Source: the human T2T-CHM13v2.0 reference genome, Homo sapiens. From it: a stretch of DNA of 64,000 bases. A program made the translations under genes and the position numbers. Below the pieces are notes generated by a model. That model did no database searches, was not told where the DNA came from, and saw only the letters and a program-made list of their open reading frames with translations. This document shows positions 31,357-47,212 of this stretch, piece after piece; within the stretch, counting starts at the first letter, position 1; each line of letters opens with the position of its first letter. The stretch lies in assembly GCF_009914755.1 (NCBI RefSeq), contig NC_060925.1, one strand, 5' to 3'.

Positions 31357-31496
31357 AGAACCTCTCATCTGATTCGTCCCTCTCCAGCCCAAGTGCCCTG
31401 AATTCTCCAGGAATTGAGGGCTTGAGCCGTAGGAGGAAGAAACGCACCAGCATAGAGACCAACATCCGTGTGGCCTTAGAGAAGAGTTTCTTGGAG
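31357..31496 (+). CDS. POU2F1: POU2F1 coding exon (~exon 11), linker and homeodomain start ([23 protein letters not shown])
   Basis: ttacag|AGAACC...TTGGAG|gtcagt; 140 nt, phase 1-0. Confidence 0.97.
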
Positions 31497-32549
31497 GTCA
31501 GTGAGGATTTTACTTTTCTGTACATGGGATTGTCTGTGTAGTACTTAACATTAGTACTTAGTAGAAACTGTAGGTGGTAAAAGATGACATGTCAGCCTCT
31601 GCTCTTATGGATGATTATAAATAGGTGAAGTAAGTAAGTTACTAACATAGGAGACAGAACCAGAGTTCTGCAGGGTTCAGGAGAGACTAGAATCACATCC
31701 ATGCAAGCACTCAGTATGAGAGAGGTGGCAGCTTACCATAGGATACATAGGAATTAATTCCACAGACTAGAAAAGGTGGGGGGAAAGTACTTTAAGCAGA
31801 GGAAATGCATGAGCGTTTCCCCCTCAGAGTGGGGGAGAAACACTGGAGTGAGGGAAACCATAGGGTGTATGAGGAGACACTCTAGTAGATTAGTTGGTTA
31901 AATTGTAGTGTCTGTATGCCTGGAATAGTAGTTTGGGACTGGAACACTAGAGACCTTGAGTGTTAGGCTATGGAGCTTAAGTTAATGCAAGAGATATTTG
32001 GCAATTATTTTTTTGTACCAGGTAATATCATAACAAAGCTTTTAAGAAAATTTTGACTTCTCTAATTCAGAAAAGACTTGAGCACATTGGGAGGACTCTG
32101 AATTAGGAGTTTTTGTCAGCTCTGCCACTTAAACTGTGTGATTGGGCAAATCATGTGATTTCTTTAAGCTAAAGGTCCTTCATCTGTGAAATACCTGCCT
32201 TTCTTACTGTGAGATCCAAATTAGATAGCATGAAGCATGGAGAAAGGTTAAATTCCTACTAATACATGTGGTTGTACTGGTATTTTGTTAATTTCATTCA
32301 CAATTAATAGATCTTAAAAATGAAAAACTATAGATATTTAAGGATAACTTATCCTAAGTTAATATGAATAAGTTTAATAGGTGTATGTTCATTAGAACTT
32401 CTATCTACACAATCTCTTTGTTGAAAGTGGCCTAATGTGGATGGTCATATGTATCCCAGCTTCATTTTCTAACCTGACGTGATTATGCCAGTAGTTCAAA
32501 AAGTTATTGCAAAGGATAGCTTTTGGAATTACATCTTTTCACCCTGCAG

Positions 32550-32729
32550 AATCAAAAGCCTACCTCGGAAGAGATCACTATGATTGCTGATCAGCTCAAT
32601 ATGGAAAAAGAGGTGATTCGTGTTTGGTTCTGTAACCGCCGCCAGAAAGAAAAAAGAATCAACCCACCAAGCAGTGGTGGGACCAGCAGCTCACCTATTA
32701 AAGCAATTTTCCCCAGCCCAACTTCACTG
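32550..32729 (+). CDS. POU2F1: POU2F1 coding exon (~exon 12), homeodomain helices 2-3 ([15 protein letters not shown])
   Basis: ctgcag|AATCAA...TCACTG|gtaaga; 180 nt, phase 0-0. Confidence 0.98.
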
Positions 32730-32954
32730 GTAAGAATAAAAAATAGGGAGTGCAAGCTCAAGGGCTAATTTTTGCAATTTTACAAATGACCTGTTAAATC
32801 AGTTTATTTCATAATAGTAATTTAATGAATAAATACATCAAATAAATGCATGTAAATTTGTATTTTAGACATTACCAAGGTAATGAAATTCTCATTCTCT
32901 CTTTCCTTGTCTCTCGTGCTCTCTCTCTCTCTCTGCTGAGGTCACTGGTCTTGA

Positions 32955-33655
<701 letters not shown>

Positions 33656-34810
33656 CACCTATCTTATTTTTTAAAGTGAACAATTTTAATTCTTTCATCA
33701 CATTTCCATCATACTCTTCTCTGGTATAGTTCATTAGATTACTCTGTAACCATGGGAGTAAATTTGCTGCTGATCCCAGTTATCTCAGAAAATCTTGTTA
33801 CTTTTTATTCATGTTGAGTCCTAAAGCCCAGTTTATTAAACTTACACTCACGTGATTAAGTGACAATAAGTTACCAGATAACCTTCAGTTCTGAACTTGT
33901 ATTAAAACAATCATCTCAGGTCTTTTACTTTGAAACAACATATGATCCTTTCCTGTGAAGCCTCATTGAGTAACTTCTGCTGTTTGCATTATTCCTAGAC
34001 TGAAGAGACATACAGTGGTCGTATGACTCCCTTGGTTTTTAGGATGATTATGAATTTGACTTCTACATTGTCAGGATTCAAAAGATGGGAATATTGTTGA
34101 GTTTGCATTTCTGTTCTTTTTAAATTTGGTTTTATTTTATTTGAATGTCATTCCATACTGGCAGGCTTTTTAAACTAAGGTCAGCATTAAAAGCACATGT
34201 TAGTTTATGTGAAGGTTGTAGTTGTTAAATGGTGGGCCTGTAGTCATAAAGTTATGAGATAGTTATGAAAAAGATAATTATTAATCAACAATTTTGTTTT
34301 GTAAAGGTGATGTTTGTGTTTTAGATTTGTACTAAAAGAAAGACAGTATTTCTTGCAAAACTAGAATTTTTTGTTATTTCAAAACTAATCCGTTTTTTTT
34401 AAAAGTTTGCTTCACATTATTTTCATAATTTTATTTTATTAAAACCAAACCTAAGGCAATACTGCCCCCCTACAGAGTCAAAAGTAAAAGTAATACATGT
34501 ACCCCAGATTCCCTGATCCTGTCAAATAGTTTTCTTATTTAGGTAAAGTTGATAATTAGTATAATGTTTCTTACCGACTTAGAGTATATCTGTCTCAACG
34601 CTATTGAAATTTACGAACTTTTTATTATTTATTTTTAAAACCCAGGCAAAGCTATCTGTGATATCAGTGAACAACCATCTTCGAATAGCAGCTTTCCAAC
34701 ATAGGATGTCAGGTGTCTCAATTCCAAGATCAAAGAAAGACTGTAAAATCATTTCCTCTTTAAGTTTTGATTTTAAGTGCTTTGTCCATGTTTTCATTTC
34801 TGACCTCAAG

Positions 34811-34916
34811 GTGGCGACCACACCAAGCCTTGTGACTAGCAGTGCAGCAACTACCCTCACAGTCAGCCCTGTCCTCCCTCTGACCAGTGCTGCTGTGACG
34901 AATCTTTCAGTTACAG
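34811..34916 (+). CDS. POU2F1: POU2F1 coding exon (~exon 13), VATTPSLV...NLSVT(G)
   Basis: ctcaag|GTGGCG...GTTACAG|gtaagc; 106 nt, phase 0-1; uncommon AAG acceptor. Confidence 0.95.
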
Positions 34917-37900
34917 GTAAGCAGCTGCCAGGCCATGCACCTGCTGAGCACATGGGAGGCCCGTTTTGGGTTATTATAAGAGTCTACCATTAAATTGTGA
35001 ATTAAGGCCCTAACTAAAGATAGGTGTTGCTCATAAATATCAATTTTCTTTAAAGTAACTCCTTTCCTTAAAAGCCTTCAATAGCCGTGGCTTTTTGCAT
35101 TCAGAAAAACATCCAAGTTTGTCAATTCGTGAAGGTTATTTCCGGTCTGAACCTGATCTCCCACTAGTCTTTTGCCTACGCACCCTCAACACACAGGAGG
35201 CCTCCATCCATACCTTTGTAAACATCCCTACAATGGAAATGTCCATCTTAGCCTGCAGTTCTTGATCTGTTACCGATAAAACTATACCAGCTTGTATGTC
35301 AATTTTCTTGGAAATATTCTTTAGCTTTCCCAGGAAACTATTCATTTCCATGTACCTGTATTATAAATGATTTTATTTTTACACACCTGTCTTTCCCAAT
35401 AGACTGCACTTCTCAAAAGATTTGATTATTCTTTTTGAACTCTTGATGCCTAGCTCAGTGCATGACATACTCACTATAAAATGAATGTTTTTTTTTCCTT
35501 TGGCCTCTTTTAAATAGCAAATTTTCCAGATAAATTTAAAATCACTTAGCATTGTCATCAGATGTTTTTTAGTGATACATAGTGCATAAGACATGCTGTA
35601 ATTATTCACCAGGTTGGTTATTTGCTAGTACATCATTGGGTAGATTAATGATATTTCATAATGAAGCTTGATTTAACCTAGAGGTAGGGACTTTTATTTT
35701 TCTCACCCATGTTTTAAGTTTACAATGCCTCCTTGGCTCTATGACCTACCCATGATGTAAAAATTGAATAAATGGCTTTATATTATATTAAATTTCTACA
35801 TTATTAGAACATTTTTTTTATTGTTTTCTGCATCCAATCATCCATTAATTTTTGCTTATGTTAAACAGTACTTCTTGACCTCTTCTGGATGTTGGACCTT
35901 TTTAAGAATTTGAAAGCTACAGACTTTTCCTCACACAAAATAGACATATACACAATTTTTAGTAAAATTTAAGGAGATTTATAAATGACAGCTCCCATCA
36001 ACCTCCCACTCCAAGGCTATTTGTGGATACCTACAGGTTCCAGTTTTAATAACCTTGGTTCAAGAATATACTTAAGAACCTTGGTTAAGAATATATATAA
36101 TATTGAGCACTTCCACTTAATAAGCAAACTGTTAGTGATTGATTGGCATTGTGTTGGGCACCAAGAATGTGAAGAACCATCTCTGAGGACCTTGTTGTCC
36201 AAATTGACTGCCAGTCACCTGGTAAATTATGAACTGAATCCTACCTTCCCAACAAATTATATTGCTTTAGGTCTAAAAATACCTGTCTCTTACAGAAATT
36301 TTGTTAATAGTTTACACATTAAGAACAAATAGCTTTGCAGTTTTCTTAAAATATGGGGAAAATCAAAGTAATTTTAGAGAGATTTTAATACTCAAAACTA
36401 GCTAAAAATTTGCATCAGTTTTTGATACTTCTTACCACTCACATTTTCTTGAACTCTTACTCAGCCTATTTATGTGGATCTATTTGTGATTTTTTTCTGA
36501 CACGATAATTTTTCCTGGAGTGAATTTTTTTTAATTATTAAAAACATTATTAGGAAATTCAAACAGGAAAAACAATCACAAGTACCATTTTTATTTTCTC
36601 TTTAAATCCTTTTTATATGTACATGTATGTACAGTTTCAGTAGTATTTGTGCAGTACAGTATTTGATTGCAGCCTTGTGATACTCTAAGCAGAGGACTCA
36701 GGCTCTGCCTGGACACCTGACCCACAAAAACTATGAGATAATAAATTGTGATGATTTAAGCTGCCGAATTTGTGTCATTGCTCCTTGAAAGAGAAGAAGA
36801 GTCAGTGTCAAGTGGGTTTTCTTTTCTTACTCTTTTATCAGCCGTTGCTCAAAACCATGCCCCTTTTTAATTTGTTTTTCCTCTTTGGACTGTAACTTTC
36901 TTGTACAGCCTCTTTTCCTCTGATATTTTTATACTGCCTTCTTTTTTTCTCTGTTGAGAAAAGTAGCATGTTTCTTTATCATGTTATTTATTAAAGACGG
37001 CCATTGTCTTAATCATACAACTTATGTAATGCAATCTGCTTTCTTCCTGAAGACTTTCTTCTTGGGATTTCTATGATTGCTTATTTTAAATTGTTTTCCT
37101 TGTTTTCCTGAGTTAGATCCAATGTTTCTCAGATGCCCTGTCATCCTCTTTGATTCCTTTTTGTCTGGAGCACGTTCTCAAGTAATTTTATTTAGAAAGG
37201 TTACATGGGAGGTAAAACTTCTAAATACATGTATAACTGAGAAGTATTTATTTTGCCTTCACAGTTTTTTTTGGAGTTTGTCCAGTTACAAAAGTATTTT
37301 TCCTTTGAATTTTGTTGTGTTTTAGCATCTAGTGTTGCTAGTGAAAAGTCTGATTTCAATCTCTTTTTCCTTGTTTTTTCTCTCTGTAAACCTTAAGGGT
37401 TTTTTAAAATCTTATACTGTTCTAAAATTTCACTACAAGGTTTCAAAGAAGGGGCCTTTTAAAACTTGCCCTCATTGGCCTTCAGCAAGCATTTTCAATG
37501 TGAATTAATGTATTTCTTGCACTCTGGTAATTTATCTTTTTTTTTTTTTAAGTTAGGATTTTTTGGCATTCACTCTGTTTATTCATTTTGTGTCATTTGT
37601 AATGTGCTGTTGGCTTTTTTCATTGTCTGGTGATTTTTGTAGTGATGAATGCAAGATTACATTACTTATTATCAGTAGCCTGTAAGGGTTTTTCCTGACA
37701 TTGTGTAGCTTCTGTTACTCAAGAGTCCCCTCCCCTGAATGGAAGGGCTCGCGGTGAGCTGTGAATGTGAATAAAGAACTGCCAAACTTTATTTCAGCCT
37801 ATGAACAGGAAGCAGGCAGGCAAGCGAGGCTTTCTGTCATACTTTTCCAAAATGAGGGGTATCTTTCCTCATGCATGCAAGTACCTACACTAGAATCCTT

Positions 37901-38736
37901 AGCGTTCCATAGTCAGATTTTATTTTCTTTCAAGAGTAGGTGACTTTGGTTCTGTTCATTTGAGAGGTCTGGTAGAAGGAGGGAAAGGCCCACTGTGAGA
38001 GCTATTATGTGAATAGCCCTTGAATCACCCTGTTCTCTGACCCTATTTCCATCTACCTCAGTATCTGACAAATAACTCTGAGCTGGGACTCTCTGTGAGG
38101 CTCCATCAGAGTGAATAATTTCCTCCTCTATCATAGTCTTCTCCTGTGCCCTTCTGGATTATGGTTGATTTCTCCACCATCCAGTTTTATCCTTTTTCTC
38201 ATTTCTGCAAATCTGTCTAAATCTCAAAACCTCTGATACCTGTCACCAGAGCTCTTTTTCCCTTTTGTATCTCTTTACTATTATTTGGAATAGGATTTTA
38301 GAAATGAAGGGAAAAACCATATCCTTAGCACTATCTTCTAAGAAAAATCATGTTTGATTGATGTGGTCATCTTATTTTCCCATAGGTACGTTTGACACAT
38401 AATAGGTCCTTGGTAAACATTCTAAAATAGATGCAAGTGAGCATTGCCATACTCCTCCAGAAAGACGAGTGTTCCATTGTGTCTCAAAAACTTGTAAAAA
38501 TTCCACAGCCCTTAATAATCTCAACCAAACATGCCCCGCCCCCAATTCATTTTCCAAAATATTTTTCATAGTGACAAAATTGTTGATTCCTCAGGAAGAT
38601 ATAGCAACTATAATTATATAGCCACCTTAACAACAAAGGCCCAAGATACAGGAAACAAAAAGGAATAAAATTCAAAGAAGAAATAGACAATTCAACAATA
38701 ACAGTTGCAGACATAGTATTTATTTGAGCCACGTTA

Positions 38737-39060
<324 letters not shown>

Positions 39061-40360
39061 GCCGTGAAGGATATACAACATTTGAGCACTATCAACCAAC
39101 TTGTTCTAACTGCCATCTGCAGAACACTTGGTCCAGCAACAGCAGAAAACACATCCTTTTTATGTACACATGGAACATCCATCTCCCAGGATACTTTTAG
39201 CCATAAAACAAGTTTCAGTAAATTAAAAAGGATTAAAATCATACAAAGTGTGTTGTCTGATGACAACTGAGATAAACTAGAAATTAACAATAGAAAGAAA
39301 TTTGGGAAGTCCCCATGTATTTGAAAATTAAAACATGCATCAAAGAAGAAATAACATTTCTCCTCTATTTTCCTATCAGGCCGGTATTACCCAGATACCT
39401 AAGCTTAGATAAATAGCACAAGAAAAAAAAATTACAAACTCATATTCCTCGAGAAAATATAAACCAAAACTCTCAAAAGAATCTTAGCAAGTCAAATCCA
39501 GCAACATACTGAAAAAATCGAACGATTATATACATCATGGCCAAGGAGGATTTATCTCCCAGGAATGTATGGTTAGTACAATAACTGAACATCAATTAAT
39601 GTAACACATTATAATAGTAGAAGAAAGGACAAAAACCACATAATCATCTCAGTGGATACAGAAAAGATATTTGTAAAAATCCAAAACCCATTCATGATGA
39701 AAGCTGAAATACAAAGGAACTGCCTCACCTGATAAAGAGCACTTACTAAAACTCTCCAGCAAATAGAATACTTAATGGCAAAAGACTGAATACTTTCCCC
39801 ACTAAGATTGAGAATTAGGTAAGAGTGTTTGTTTGCTCTTGTGGACTTCTGATTAACATCGTCCTGGAGGTTATAGCCTCCAGTAAGGGGGAGAAAAAAA
39901 ACGGAAGACAATTTGGAAAGGAAGAAGTTAAACTGCTTGTATTTGCATTATTCTATATGTATAAAAATACTAAGGAATTCACCAAAAAAAGGTATCTAGG
40001 ACTAATCAATAAATTCAGTATTGTTGCAGAATACAAGATTGATATATAAAAAATAAATTACATTTGTATGTACTATCAATGGACAGTTCAAAAATGAAAT
40101 TTAGGAAATAACTTGTATGTAACAGTATCAAAAGAATAAAATACTTAGGAATAAACTTAAAAGAAGTGTAAGACTTGAACAATGAAAACTACAATTTGCT
40201 GAAAGAAGTTAAAAGAAGTCTAAATAAAGAGACATTTCATATTCCATGTTCATGTTTTGGAAGACTAAGCATTCTTAAGATGACAGTTTTTCTCCAGCTT
40301 GAGATATATGTGCATCTCTCTTTCTCTCTGATTTCAAGGTTTATCCACATTATAGCATAA

Positions 40361-40750
<390 letters not shown>

Positions 40751-41030
40751 TAAAGAAATCGATAAACTCTTGGAAGGGACCAAGAATAGCCAAAACAATT
40801 TTGAGAAAGAGTGAAATCAGAGGATTTTCATGTCCTGATTTCAAAGTTTACTGTAAAGCAACAATAATCAAAGCAGTGTATTACTGGTATACATATAGAT
40901 ATATAGATTAAATGGAACAAAATTAAGAGTCCAGAAGCAAAACTTTAAATTTATGCTTTATTGATTTTTGACAGAGGTGCCAAGGCAATTCAATAGGGAA
41001 AGGACAGTCTTCAACAAATGGTTCTAGGAC

Positions 41031-41473
41031 AACTGGATATCCATATGCAGAAAGAGGAATAGAGGAATTTAGATCCTTACCTTACACCGTGCATAAAAAT
41101 TAACTGAAATGGATCAAAGGCCTAAATATAAGAGCTGAAACTATAAAGTTGCTAGTAAATAAAGTAGGACAAAATCTTTGTGACCTTGGGTTAAGCACAG
41201 AGTTCATATACACAGCACCAAGAGAACGATCCATAAAAGAAAAAAAAATTAGTAAATTCAGCTTCATCAAAAGTAAAATCTTTTGTGCTTCAAAAGCCAC
41301 AGACTGAGAGAAAACATTTGCAGATCACATATCCAATAAAGAAATTGTGTCTAGAATGTATAAACAACTCTTACAACTCAATAGTAAGAATATAAACAAC
41401 TCAGATTTTTAAATGGACAAATGTTAGTAGACATTTTACCAAGGAAGATATAGGAGTGACTAGTAAGCACATG
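41031..41473. repeat. Second inverted duplication, source arm inside L1
   Basis: Reverse complement of 42171-42611, ~95% identity by manual alignment. Confidence 0.93.
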
Positions 41474-42170
41474 GAGAGATATGTGACATTAGCATTACTC
41501 ATTAGGGAAGTGCAGATTAAAACTGTAATGAGATACTACTTTGTACTCACTAGAATGGCTATAATCAAAAAGACCCAAGATGATAAATGTTGGGAAGGAT
41601 GTGGAGAAACTGGAACTTTCATGCATTGCTTGTAGGAATGTAGAATGATACAGCTTCGGAAAACATCTTGGCAGTTCTTTTAAACATAAATTTACCGTCC
41701 TACCCAGCAATTTCCCCAAGAGAAATGAAGACATTTCTACACAAAAACTTCAATGTGAATGTTTATATAGCAGCCTTATTTATAATATCCAAGAACTGGA
41801 AACAAACCAGTGCTCATCAACTGGTGAATGAATAAACAAAATGTGTTATATCTACACAGTGGAATATTATTCAGCCATAAAAATTAATGAGGTGTTGATT
41901 CGTGCTACAATGTGGATGAACCTTGAAAACAGAATGTTAAGTAAAAGAAGCCAGATGCAAGAGACTACATATTGTATGATTCCATTTGTGTGAAATGTCC
42001 ACAAAAATCTAGAGACAAAAAGCAGATAACTAGGTAGGAGTGTGACATGATTACAAACAGGCACAAGGGATCTTTTTTGGGAGTGGAAATGTCATAATCT
42101 GGATTGTGATGATGGTTGTATAACTGTAAGTTGATTAAAAGTCATCAAATTTTAAAGCTGGATGAATTTT

Positions 42171-42611
42171 CATGTGCTTACTAGTCACTCCTATATCTTC
42201 CTTGTTAAAATGTCTACTAACATTTGTCCATTTAAAAATCTAAGTTGTTTATATTCTTACTATTGAGTTGTAAGAATTGTTTATACATTCTGACACAATT
42301 CCAGTTCCTTTATTGGATATGTGATCTGCAAATGTTTTCTCTCAGTCTGTGGCTTTTGAAGCGCAAAAGATTTTACTTTTGATGAAGTTGAGTTCACTGA
42401 TTTTTCTTTTCTTTTATGGATCATTCTCTTGGTGCTGTGTCTGTGAACTCTTTGCTTAACCCAGGGTCACAAAGATTTTGTCCTACTTTATTTACTAGAA
42501 GCTTTATAGTTTCAGCTCTTATATTTAGGCCTTTGATCTGTTTTAGTTAATTTTTATGCACAGTGTAAGGTAAAGATCTAAATTCCTCTTTCTGCATATG
42601 GATATCCAGTT
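42171..42611. repeat. Second inverted duplication, derived arm inserted in the L1 3' end
   Basis: Interrupts L1 3' terminus ...gatgaatttt | ataagttgtatctcaataaaagctg. Confidence 0.93.
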
Positions 42612-43860
42612 TATAAGTTGTATCTCAATAAAAGCTGTTTGAGAAAAGACAAGACAGGGCGGGAAGCACAGGGAAGTGCCAGGTACTATATACACACCTT
42701 GACTATAGCTTCCTACTGCCCCTGTGAGGTGGTTGGTGGTATCTTATTTTGCTGTTGAGGACATTGAGGCTCAGCAACAATAAGTTCACTAGTCAAAGTT
42801 ACCCAAGTAATTAAATTGCCAAGTTGCCAAGAATTTACAGTCATGAAATACATATATTGATGAAAACATGACTCACTGACTGGGATAATTAATTTGAAGA
42901 TAATTTTAAGTTGTTATACCATAATGCTTATTTATATAACATTTATATTGGAGACGCCTAGAACAATTTTGAATGCTTCTGGAGTCATCATCTTCTGGCC
43001 TAGGTTAAATTCACTGATAAAATTTGACTGGGATTTTCTTTGTAAACTTAAGGGATTTAAGAAAACAGTTGGTGAATGATTTGAAGGTGGCTGGAGAGTA
43101 AAGAAATAACTATTTTAAGCCTTTTGAGCTCAAGATATTAGGACTTATAAAAATAGGCAATTCAATTTCAGAACTTTGAAAGGGAAGTAGTACCCATAGG
43201 TAAAATCAGGTTAGATAAGGTGAGAAATTGGTCAAAAAAAGATTGAAAGTACATTGAAATTGCTTAGCATGGAAGAGAAATAAAAGATGTTCACCTTACT
43301 ATGTGACAGGGGGCATGTCTTAAGAGAAGATTAAAGCGAAAAAGGGTATATGAATCTGCCTAACACAGGACCCTACACAGCATCCAGTGTTCAGTGGTTG
43401 ATTGTTCTGAGAGATTTAGAACCAAAGAAGTAATGAACGAAAATAGGATTCATAGTATCTACAAAGATGTAATGATATTTAGGGGCAGTGGCAATAAAAA
43501 TAAATCACTTATATTTTTCAGAAGGGTAGACAGAGGAAGAAAGCCTTCCTTTTTATTTAACAATAAGAACATTATGTTTACCTCATTCATTTGGCAGCCA
43601 CTTTTGCACAGCTTTATAGGAGGTGAAGAAAGTAGTCAGTGCTGAAATAAATGATGTCTGAGTCTCTCCCAACCCTGTGACATGTGATAAAAACTGAAGA
43701 GTGGAAGTGAGAGTTCAATTCTAGATGTTCTTAGTACAGACCAGAAGAAGGTTTTAAAACAGATTTTTGGAAGGACAAAATTGCCTGAATTTGTAACAAG
43801 ATTGTTATGAAAGAAGAGCATGTTCTGAAGCTTGGTAAAAGATTTCATCACCAAAAAATG

Positions 43861-44203
<343 letters not shown>

Positions 44204-44388
44204 TAAATTACATATGTCTTGTATTTCTGTTAGACAACACTGATCTCAAACATTAAATAATCCCAGCAAATGTGTTTTAGTGTTTAGTAATGATATATTT
44301 AATGTCAGTTAGTCATTTATATCCAAATGTTCATTCTCCTTAAACCAAAAGCATATTCAGGCACTTTTTTCTAAGACCTCACAAATAA

Positions 44389-44688
<300 letters not shown>

Positions 44689-45309
44689 TACAAATAATAA
44701 TTTCTTAGATCTTAATTTTTATGCTTTTATGAGATTCATAGTATCATTGTATGTTGTTTTTTTTTTTACCACAATGGACTTTTTGAGAGCTAATTTTTAT
44801 TACAGAATAGTTGTTTGAATGTAGAGAAGGCATGTAGTCATTTTTATACTATGTTGTTGTTGATACTGAATTCTTAGAAAAGCATATAACTTTCTGTTTT
44901 TCTTCTCCTTGTTTTGATTTTTCTGAGGAGACCCCTAAGGAGATTTCTGAATGAAAAGAGCTTTACAGAAGTTTTTCTTCTTTTGCTTTCTTTTTCTTCC
45001 CCAGAGCAGTTGTATTCCATAATTAGAGCTTCTATGATTCTTTTGTTTCTTGAATAGGAAACAGGCAATGGAAAACTTCTCTGTTTCTTTCATTGCTCAT
45101 ATCTCTTAAAGTAGGGTTCCTAGCTGTGATCCTAAAATGTTTGGTTTTGTAGTTAATTTCCATAAAAGCACTAAACTAGGTTATTAAAGGACAGCTTTAC
45201 TAGGTGGTAGGTTAATTATTCCATTGATTATAGAGTTTGGCTGAGTAAAGCCACCATTCTTCCAAAACCATTTACAAAAGGTCATCTTCTAATCTGTTTG
45301 TCTTTTCAG

Positions 45310-45655
45310 GCACTTCAGACACCACCTCCAACAACACAGCAACCGTGATTTCCACAGCGCCTCCAGCTTCCTCAGCAGTCACGTCCCCCTCTCTGAGTCC
45401 CTCCCCTTCTGCCTCAGCCTCCACCTCCGAGGCATCCAGTGCCAGTGAGACCAGCACAACACAGACCACCTCCACTCCTTTGTCCTCCCCTCTTGGGACC
45501 AGCCAGGTGATGGTGACAGCATCAGGTTTGCAAACAGCAGCAGCTGCTGCCCTTCAAGGAGCTGCACAGTTGCCAGCAAATGCCAGTCTTGCTGCCATGG
45601 CAGCTGCTGCAGGACTAAACCCAAGCCTGATGGCACCCTCACAGTTTGCGGCTGG
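45310..45655 (+). CDS. POU2F1: POU2F1 coding exon (~exon 14), Ser/Thr/Ala-rich
   Basis: tttcag|GCACTT...GCTGG|gtaagg; 346 nt, phase 1-2. Confidence 0.96.
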
Positions 45656-46372
45656 GTAAGGCGCTTTCTCATCTCATTCACGTCTGAGGTGGAGGTCATC
45701 CCTGGAATTACTCACAGGGGAGACTTTACATCACTGACTTAGATGGGGAAAAAAGATGTCTTTAAAGCAGTAATCTCTTTGAAGTGGGCTGTTTTGTGAT
45801 CATACAAGGACTTATAGTTGAGTTTATGTTTCTTAACACCCTGGGAAGGGCAGTAGTCATACCTTTGTTTCCAGATGAAGACCCAAAATACCAGGTCACT
45901 AATTACCTTAGTGACGGGGCCAGGAAGAAAGCCTAGAATTCTTGACTCTTATTTTCCCCATTAAACTCTCTCAACTGCCTACTTCCTAATTCTCAAGCAT
46001 AGATAAGAGATGTAATAGGAGTCTCAATTTTATACTGTTATTGTCACACATTATAAGAATTATCTTGTAAATATATCTTTTTCTCTAGAATGTTTCTTTC
46101 ATTTTGGAAAGAAAGAGAAATAAGTCTTTCAAAGAAGGGTCAAAATGACTATAAAAGTTTTACATTTTGTGCTGATCATAACCTCGTTTGTATGAGTAAG
46201 CATCCAGGAAAGCAGTAACTGAGAAGCACAAACCATAGAAGAGTAAAGAAAAATAAATATTTCCACCTATTTCCCCAGCTGGATTTTCGTTTTGTAAGTT
46301 CCTTTTGGTGTGTTGTCAAAATGAGACCTGCGTCTGCATGGTAATAAAGTGACTCCTCTTTTGGACTTGCAG

Positions 46373-46461
46373 AGGTGCCTTACTCAGTCTGAATCCAGGG
46401 ACCCTGAGCGGTGCTCTCAGCCCAGCTCTAATGAGCAACAGTACACTGGCAACTATTCAAG
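46373..46461 (+). CDS. POU2F1: POU2F1 coding exon (~exon 15), GALLSLNPG...LATIQ
   Basis: ttgcag|AGGTGC...TTCAAG|gtcagt; 89 nt, phase 2-1. Confidence 0.95.
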
Positions 46462-46499
46462 GTCAGTAGAAGCCTTTTTCTTACTTTGGTGGCATGCAC

Positions 46500-46532
46500 G
46501 TGTGTGTGAGTGTGTGTGTGTGTGTGTGTGTG
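46500..46532. repeat. (TG)n microsatellite ~40 nt after a 5' splice site
   Basis: gtgtgtgtgagtgtgtg... Confidence 0.9.
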
Positions 46533-47212
46533 CTTGAGACAGAGATAGAGGAAGTCTGCTTTGCTAGAGGTAAAAGTGATGGGAAAGAGTCAAATGCTGA
46601 CTAACTTGTTCTTGAGAACTAAGAAAATGTCCTCGTAAAAAAGCTTTGTAAGAAAAGTATAGGTGTTAGTATGTGAGTAAAAGCAGGAAATATACTTAGT
46701 TTGGTATATGGTAAAAAACCAGAACTTTCATGCTAATATTGATCTTATGTGAGTAGACTTGAAGCCAGATTTTTTTCCCCTGATAAGTTTATCCCAAGTA
46801 TTAATCTAAAACCCGTCTCTAGGCAAACTTGACCAAGTAAGACTCTCCAGTTCCCAGCTGCACTCCTGAGAAAGCTGTGCATGGGAAAGTCCTGTAATGA
46901 ACAAACATTGGAACACATCAGGTGGACCTCAGGAGTGCTTTTAATTCTCATTAAGTTCTGCTCTTTTTATATCGCCGTTAGTGTAGAACATATATTCTCT
47001 TGGATTATAATGTCTCTTTTCCAAGCTCAGCTGGGTTCCTTTTGCCTTTTAGCATGTTACCCAGGGCAATATTCATTCCATATACTGAAGGGTTCCACTT
47101 GTTTAGTACCTAAGCTTTCTGTCTAAAAATGTTTACTGTTATGTGATTCAGGGAGACAATTTGAGAGACATCACTAATTAATTAGAATTTTTTTCTTAAA
47201 ATAGTTTTGCTA

